From Deltaproteobacteria bacterium (GTDB lineage Bacteria > Myxococcota_A > Polyangia > Fen-1088): a stretch of DNA of 64,000 nt. Below are positions 58,509 to 64,000 of the stretch, in pieces. Positions within the stretch are counted from its first letter, which is position 1. Each line of letters opens with the position of its first letter. The stretch spans positions 1-64,000 of the forward strand of contig JANRKS010000007.1 in assembly GCA_033763315.1 (NCBI GenBank), written 5' to 3'. The notes under the pieces are model-generated. The model did not search any database, was not told the origin of the DNA, and was given only the letters and a program-made list of their open reading frames with translations. The position numbers and the translations under genes were made by a program.

Positions 58509-59030
58509 CTATTTCTTCGGGGCGGGCGGATCGGGCTGATCGTTGTAGAGCAGCTTTTGCATTCCGTAGATGAAATCCTTTCGGTCCGTATAGACCTTCG
58601 GGATCTTGTTCGTCATCGCGATGGCATCCTTGGGGCACGCTTCCACGCAGTAGCCACAATAGATGCACTTGAGCATGTCGATCTCGAACACCGCCGGCAC
58701 CTTGTCGCGGCCTTCCCAGCCGGGGCCTTGCGGCGCCGGTTCGGCCTCGATGTGAATGCAGTTGGCGGGGCATGCGGTGGCGCACATGTAACACGCCACG
58801 CACTTCATGTGTTCGTGTTCGTCTCGCTTGAGGTAGTGCTCGCCCCGAAAGCGCTCGTTGATCACGGCCTTCTGCTCGGGGTACTGAATCGTCACCGACT
58901 TCTTGAAGAATTGCTTGATCGAGACCGTCAAGCCGCGAACCAAGGCCGGAATATAAACGTTCACCCACCAAGGACGGCGCGCGGCCACCTTCTTGAGCAG
59001 GGCATTTGTGGGAACATGAACTTGGTCCAT
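58509..59030 (-). CDS. nuoI: NADH-quinone oxidoreductase subunit I
   Basis: TIQYPE, CVACYMCATACP and CIYCGYCVEACP. Confidence 0.95.
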   Translation of the reverse strand: MDQVHVPTNALLKKVAARRPWWVNVYIPALVRGLTVSIKQFFKKSVTIQYPEQKAVINERFRGEHYLKRDEHEHMKCVACYMCATACPANCIHIEAEPAPQGPGWEGRDKVPAVFEIDMLKCIYCGYCVEACPKDAIAMTNKIPKVYTDRKDFIYGMQKLLYNDQPDPPAPKK

Positions 59031-59045
59031 CTAGACCTCCTCGAA

Positions 59046-60098
59046 CTATCGAAACAGGCCGCCGTACTCCATGGCCAAAGCCAAGATGATCAGGTTGCCT
59101 AAAGCAATGGGGATCAGCCGTGTCCAGCTGAGCTTCATCAATTGGTCCCAGCGCATACGCGGCAGGGTCCAGCGCATCCACATGAAGAAAAAGATCAGCG
59201 CCAATACCTTCACGATGAACACGCCGAAGCCCACGAGGGCAAACAGCCATTCGTCGTGAATCAAGCGGCCCATGCCGGGGAAGTGCCAGCCACCCAAGAA
59301 CAGCGCCGTGATGATGCTGCACATGGTCCACAGGCCCGCGTATTCGCCGAACATGAACCAAGCGTAACGAAGGCCGGTGTATTCCGTGTGGTAACCGCCC
59401 ACCAACTCTTGTTCAGCTTCGGGGTTGTCGAACGGGGCGCGGCTGGTTTCAGCAAACGCCGCCAGCAAGAACAAGAAAAAGCAAGGCGGCCACATGAACA
59501 AGTTCCAGCGCGGAATGAAGCCAAACACCACGCCGCTTTGCTGCTGGACGATTTCCCCCAGACTCAAGCTGCCAGTTTTGAGCAGCAACGCCACGACGGA
59601 AAGGCCCATCACGATTTCGTAGCTGATGAGCTGCGCAGAGGAGCGAATGCCTCCCAACAAGGAGTACTGGTTGTTGGACGACCAGCCTGCGAACGCGATA
59701 CCGTAGCCCGCCAGCGACGAAATGGCGAGCATCACCAACAGACCCATATTGATGTCGGTCAGACCCAGCAACTGGCCGCTGCGCGTGGCCGTCACTGACA
59801 CCAGGCCGAACGAGATCACGCCCGGCATGAAGGTCAGAATGGGCGCCAACAGGAATACAGCTTTATCGGTGTTCTTCGGGAAATAATCTTCTTTGAAGAT
59901 CAACTTCACGGCGTCAGCCACCGACTGCAGCAAGCCAAACGGCCCCACGCGGTTCGGACCCTCGCGGCGTTGAAAGCGCGCCGCTGATTTGCGCTCCATC
60001 CACACCAGCATCGGAACGGCTGCCAAGACGATGGCAAACGAAACCACCAGCTTGATGGCCGTGAACAAAATGGGATTATTGAGGACTTCTTCCAACAT
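59046..60098 (-). CDS. nuoH: NADH-quinone oxidoreductase subunit H
   Basis: ERK, GPNRVG, AQLISYE and RAPFD.PEAEQEL. Confidence 0.95.
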   Translation of the reverse strand: MLEEVLNNPILFTAIKLVVSFAIVLAAVPMLVWMERKSAARFQRREGPNRVGPFGLLQSVADAVKLIFKEDYFPKNTDKAVFLLAPILTFMPGVISFGLVSVTATRSGQLLGLTDINMGLLVMLAISSLAGYGIAFAGWSSNNQYSLLGGIRSSAQLISYEIVMGLSVVALLLKTGSLSLGEIVQQQSGVVFGFIPRWNLFMWPPCFFLFLLAAFAETSRAPFDNPEAEQELVGGYHTEYTGLRYAWFMFGEYAGLWTMCSIITALFLGGWHFPGMGRLIHDEWLFALVGFGVFIVKVLALIFFFMWMRWTLPRMRWDQLMKLSWTRLIPIALGNLIILALAMEYGGLFR

Positions 60099-60104
60099 CG
60101 TGAC

Positions 60105-61583
60105 TTACGCGCGCAGCGCCTTATCCGCGGGTTTGGCATGCGCCGGGGCAAGCGCGTGGCTTAGGTCTCGCAACACTTCTTGGGCTGTGCGCCCCGCCGT
60201 CGTGGGATCCAGTACGGGTGAGAAGGACTGCGACAGGCCTTTGCCGTTGATGTACGAGCCTGTGCTTTCGAAGTGCGTTAGTGTGGCCAACACCACCGCA
60301 ACGTTCGCGGCTTTGGTCAACGCGCTTTCGGCGAAGTCCAGCACCACCACAGCCTTGGCCGCGTCCAAAACTTTTTGCAGAGCTGGGGGCACGGGTGCGT
60401 TGGGAATGTTGTTCACCAGCACCACAGTGTCGGCGCCTTCGGCCGCCATGGCTGCCAAGGAAGCGTCGGCGTCGGCGATGGACAAGATCTTCGTGAGCCC
60501 CGAACGGTTCGGATTGCGATCGCCCGAGATCGTGAAGCCAGGAAACACTTGATCGTCGCGAGCAGGAGCTCCATAGCCAAAAAGACGTGCGCCTGTGGCC
60601 TTGGCTAAACGCCCCGCCTCTTCCATCGCTTCGCTCGTGGCCCAAGCGCTCACGCCGATGGCCACGCGGCCACCTTTGCGGATGGTCTCAGCGGCGGCCG
60701 TCATGGCCTGTGACCACGTGCTGCCCTGCCCTTTGACAAGCGGCTTTTGCAGCCGGTCCTTGGTGACGTAAGGGAAGCTCAAGCGGCCCTCGTCGCACAT
60801 CCAGGTCTTGTTTACGAGGTCGTTCTTCCGCGGCACGATGCGCTTGATGACGTTCTTCTTGTCGACGTCGACGCGGGTGTTGCAGCCGATGGAACAATCG
60901 GGGCACATCGATTCTTTGGCTTCGAGGTACCACACGCGTGATTGGTAAAGAAAATCCGCAGAAACCAGGGCGCCCACGGGGCACACATCCACGGTGTTCA
61001 TCGACAACGGGTTGTCGAGTTGTTTGCCTGGGAACACGGCAATTTCGCTGCGGTCGCCGCGGTAGATCACGCCCAACTCTTGGGTGCCGCTGACTTCTTC
61101 GGTGAAGCGTACGCAACGCGTGCACACGATGCAGCGCGACCCCCAGTACTTGACGTGGGGACCCATGGTGGCCTTTGACTTAACCACCTTCTCTTCTTCG
61201 AAACGGCCTTTGTCGCGGCCGTAGGTGTAGCTGTAGTTTTGCAGGCGGCATTCACCGGCTTGATCGCACTCGGGGCAATCGAGCGGGTGGTTGATCAGCA
61301 AGAACTCCATCACGCCTTTGCGGGCGTCATCAACGTCTTTGCTACGCGTGGTGACTTCCATGCCTTCGGCCACCGGCGTGCCGCAAGCCACCGCCAACTT
61401 CGGTTGGCCTTTGATCGCCACCAAGCAGATGCGACAGTTGGCCGCCACGCTCAAATTCTCGTGGTAGCAGTAGTGCGGAACGTCGATGCCGTTGTCGTGA
61501 CAAGCCTTGATGACGCTTGTGCCTGCAGGAACTTGCAGGTCGCGTCCATCGACTTTGAGATTGAGAAGTTTCTGTTCAGCCAT
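60105..61583 (-). CDS. nuoG: NADH-quinone oxidoreductase subunit G (short form)
   Basis: CYH..NCRIC, NHPLDCPECDQAGEC, CIVCTRC and N7 motif CPDCSIGC..C. Confidence 0.92.
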   Translation of the reverse strand: MAEQKLLNLKVDGRDLQVPAGTSVIKACHDNGIDVPHYCYHENLSVAANCRICLVAIKGQPKLAVACGTPVAEGMEVTTRSKDVDDARKGVMEFLLINHPLDCPECDQAGECRLQNYSYTYGRDKGRFEEEKVVKSKATMGPHVKYWGSRCIVCTRCVRFTEEVSGTQELGVIYRGDRSEIAVFPGKQLDNPLSMNTVDVCPVGALVSADFLYQSRVWYLEAKESMCPDCSIGCNTRVDVDKKNVIKRIVPRKNDLVNKTWMCDEGRLSFPYVTKDRLQKPLVKGQGSTWSQAMTAAAETIRKGGRVAIGVSAWATSEAMEEAGRLAKATGARLFGYGAPARDDQVFPGFTISGDRNPNRSGLTKILSIADADASLAAMAAEGADTVVLVNNIPNAPVPPALQKVLDAAKAVVVLDFAESALTKAANVAVVLATLTHFESTGSYINGKGLSQSFSPVLDPTTAGRTAQEVLRDLSHALAPAHAKPADKALRA

Positions 61584-61595
61584 GGTCGTCCTGGG

Positions 61596-62993
61596 TCAAT
61601 CCTGACATTTGGCTTCGAATTCTTCTGGGAACATGCCCAGGTAACTCTGCATCGGCATCACAGCCGCATCGGCAAGCACGCAGATCGTCTTGCCTTGCAT
61701 GTTGCGCGTGATCTCCCAAATGAGCGGGATATCGGATTTGTGGCCATGGCCGTGGTGGAACCGGTGCATCAGCTTTTCAAGCCAGCCCGTGCCTTCGCGG
61801 CAGGGGGTGCACTGGCCACACGATTCGTGGTGATAAAAGCGCATCAAGTTGTAGATGGCGCTCACCACGTCGCGAGTCTCATTCAAAACGGTGATGGCGC
61901 CCGAACCCAACATGGTTTTGTTGGCGGCCAAACATTCATAGTCCATCGTGATATCCGCCACCTTGTCGCCCTTGATCAGCGGGGATGACGAACCACCGGG
62001 GATAACGGCCTTAACGCTTTTGCCTTTGACCCCGCCACCGTAGTGGTCGATCACCTTCGACAGCGGCGTGGCCAATGGCACTTCCATGAGGCCCGGCTTG
62101 TTCACGTCGCCCGACAGGCAAAACAGCTTGAAGCCCGGGCTCTTCTCGGTGCCCCATTGGCGGAACCATGTGGGGCCGTTCTTCATGATGTGAACAACGC
62201 TGCAAATCGTCTCAACGTTGTTGACGATCGTGGGGCAACCAAACACGCCCGAAACGGCGGGGAACGGGGGCTTGACCTTGGGGTAACCGCGGCCGCCTTC
62301 GATCGACGACAACATGCCCGTCTCTTCGCCGCAGATATAGGCACCCGCGCCGCGCACGATCGTGATCTTGAGATCGTAGCCTTTGCCGAAGATGTTCTGG
62401 CCCACGTAGCCCTTGGCTTTGGCCTCGTTGAGCGCGCCCAACAAACGTTCGTAGCCAACGATGAATTCGCCGCGCAGGTAGATAAACGCGTGGTGGCAGT
62501 CAATCGCGTACGATGAGATGATCACGCCCTCGATCAATTGGTGCGGATCGAACTCGAGAATGTAGCGATCCTTGAACGTGCCAGGCTCGCTTTCATCGCC
62601 GTTGACGGCCAGGTAGGAAGGTTTGCCCGTGCCCTTCGCCAAGAAGCCCCACTTCATACCGGTGGGAAAACCAGCGCCACCGCGGCCGCGCAATCCACTG
62701 TCTTTGACGGTTTGAACGATCTCGGCTTGCGGGGTGCCAATGAACTTGCGCGCAGTGTCGTAACCGCCGTGGCCTTCGTAGTAAGCGATGGTGTGCGAAT
62801 TAGGTTTGCCGAAGTGCGCGCTCACCACCGGTTCAAAAGGAACCTGGTTGATGGGTGCGGCGGGTGCGGGAGGCGCCGCAGCTGGCGGTGGGCCGGCGAC
62901 AGGCGAAGGCGACACGGGGCCCGCAGACACTGGCGTCTGTGCAACCGGGTTCGAAGGCGACGCGGCAGGAGGGGTAGCGGTGGTTTCAGCCAT
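61596..62993 (-). CDS. nuoF: NADH-quinone oxidoreductase subunit F
   Basis: LRGRGGAGF, DESEPGTFKDR, YICGEET and ESCGQCTPCREG. Confidence 0.96.
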   Translation of the reverse strand: MAETTATPPAASPSNPVAQTPVSAGPVSPSPVAGPPPAAAPPAPAAPINQVPFEPVVSAHFGKPNSHTIAYYEGHGGYDTARKFIGTPQAEIVQTVKDSGLRGRGGAGFPTGMKWGFLAKGTGKPSYLAVNGDESEPGTFKDRYILEFDPHQLIEGVIISSYAIDCHHAFIYLRGEFIVGYERLLGALNEAKAKGYVGQNIFGKGYDLKITIVRGAGAYICGEETGMLSSIEGGRGYPKVKPPFPAVSGVFGCPTIVNNVETICSVVHIMKNGPTWFRQWGTEKSPGFKLFCLSGDVNKPGLMEVPLATPLSKVIDHYGGGVKGKSVKAVIPGGSSSPLIKGDKVADITMDYECLAANKTMLGSGAITVLNETRDVVSAIYNLMRFYHHESCGQCTPCREGTGWLEKLMHRFHHGHGHKSDIPLIWEITRNMQGKTICVLADAAVMPMQSYLGMFPEEFEAKCQD

Positions 62994-63012
62994 AGACTTT
63001 TCTTTGAAGCGT

Positions 63013-63624
63013 TTAAGCTCCAGAGCCTCCCGCAGGCCCGGGGCCCACGCGCAATTGGTGAAGCGTTGGTTGCACGGGTTGCACAGGCACCCGTGCGTTC
63101 ATCACCACGCCGGCTTTGCCCTTGTAGTCCGCACTCGTTTTGCCTTCGGCGGCCAGAGCGCTGTCGAGGAACTTCTCAAGCGCTTCGCCCTCGAAGCACG
63201 TGCGGTGATCGAAGTTCACCTGCACGACCGGTGGAAGGTGGCAATCAGCCAAACATTCCACTTTTTCGACCGAGAACAAGCCATCTGCCGAACGCTCACC
63301 AGCCCTCAGACCAAGCCGCGCTTCAATTTGTTGCAATGCCCGATCGGAGTGACCGCCCATCGCGCACATCAACGTTGCACACACCATCAAGCGGTGCTTG
63401 CCGTGGTAAGGCCGTTTGAAGTGCGTGTAGAACGTCACGGCGCCCTGCACGTGAGCCACGCTGACTTCGCAGTAACGCGCGGCCAATTCCATGCCGGCAT
63501 CATCGATGAAGCCAAATTGGCGTTCAACCAAACGCAACATCATCAGCAAGGCTGACTTCTTGTTTGGAAAGTCGGCCAGCAGCGCTTCGGCTTCGGTCTT
63601 TATTTCAGGGGCGAAATCGGTCAC
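63013..63624 (-). CDS. nuoE: NADH-quinone oxidoreductase subunit E
   Basis: TFYT, VCATLMC and VECLADC. Confidence 0.92.
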   Translation of the reverse strand: MTDFAPEIKTEAEALLADFPNKKSALLMMLRLVERQFGFIDDAGMELAARYCEVSVAHVQGAVTFYTHFKRPYHGKHRLMVCATLMCAMGGHSDRALQQIEARLGLRAGERSADGLFSVEKVECLADCHLPPVVQVNFDHRTCFEGEALEKFLDSALAAEGKTSADYKGKAGVVMNARVPVQPVQPTLHQLRVGPGPAGGSGA

Positions 63625-64000
63625 CGATCCAGCTCTCCAGCAATGATGTTCATGGAGCCCAAGATCGCAACCAGGTCAGACACCATGTGTCCAGGCAGAA
63701 TCTTGGTCAGCACTTGGTAGTTGTAAAACGACGGCGAACGCACCCGCATGCGATAGGCGTTGTGATGCCCATCTGAAACGATGAAGAAGCCGAGTTCGCC
63801 GTTCGGCACCTCAGTGGATGAATAGAGTTCACCGACCGGAGGATGAATGCCGTGATCAGAACCGGGCATCGTGACCTTGAAGTGGTGAATCAACGACTCC
63901 ATGTCGTTGTAGGTTTCCTTCTTCACAGGCAACACGTACTTCGAGTTCGGCACGTTGATGGGGCCGGGCTCAAGCAAATCCAAAGCCTGGCGCACCATCG
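63621..64000 (-). CDS. nuoD: NADH-quinone oxidoreductase subunit D, partial (3' end)
   Basis: MESLIHHFK, EVPNGELG, RVRSPS and GELDR. Confidence 0.95.
   Translation of the reverse strand, partial: MVRQALDLLEPGPINVPNSKYVLPVKKETYNDMESLIHHFKVTMPGSDHGIHPPVGELYSSTEVPNGELGFFIVSDGHHNAYRMRVRSPSFYNYQVLTKILPGHMVSDLVAILGSMNIIAGELDR

Noticed and set aside
58402-59361. 319-aa alternative-frame ORF over nuoH/nuoI (possible frameshift)
   Set aside because: NuoH and NuoI are complete in their own frames; the product is Arg/Gly-rich nonsense
62538-63555. Plus-strand ORFs of 293 and 255 aa
   Set aside because: Antisense shadows of nuoF/nuoE

Overview
GC-rich bacterial window, most consistent with a myxobacterium (Myxococcota). 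That placement is inferred from a Myxococcus-type LexA box, several sigma-54 promoters and many Gly-linker/Cys-rich lipoproteins. 1-15.4 kb is an accessory carbohydrate/extracytoplasmic block: a partial sensor kinase; GH127 plus an unclassified glycosidase behind a LacI-type operator; a DUF1592/DUF1552 pair; an ECF sigma plus Ser/Thr kinase; a DUF1549/1553 cytochrome plus DUF1501; and GH140. 15.4-33.6 kb is mixed: antistasin- and Kazal-repeat lipoproteins sharing an upstream motif, a LexA-boxed radical SAM, trhO, a lamin-tail/dikinase-like lipoprotein, yebC, a second DUF1592/1552 pair and pirin-LysR. 33.6-50 kb holds envelope glyco-genes, interrupted by an ECF sigma/anti-sigma/caspase/lipoprotein cassette. 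52.7-64 kb is a canonical nuoD-N operon. Two N-terminally truncated vapC remnants are present. I saw no tRNA, rRNA, CRISPR array or transposase. The best candidates for undescribed systems are the caspase-barrel trans-envelope cassette, the exported dikinase-like lipoprotein and a putative sigma-54 regulon of protease-inhibitor-like lipoproteins. All family calls come from motif recognition, not database searches.
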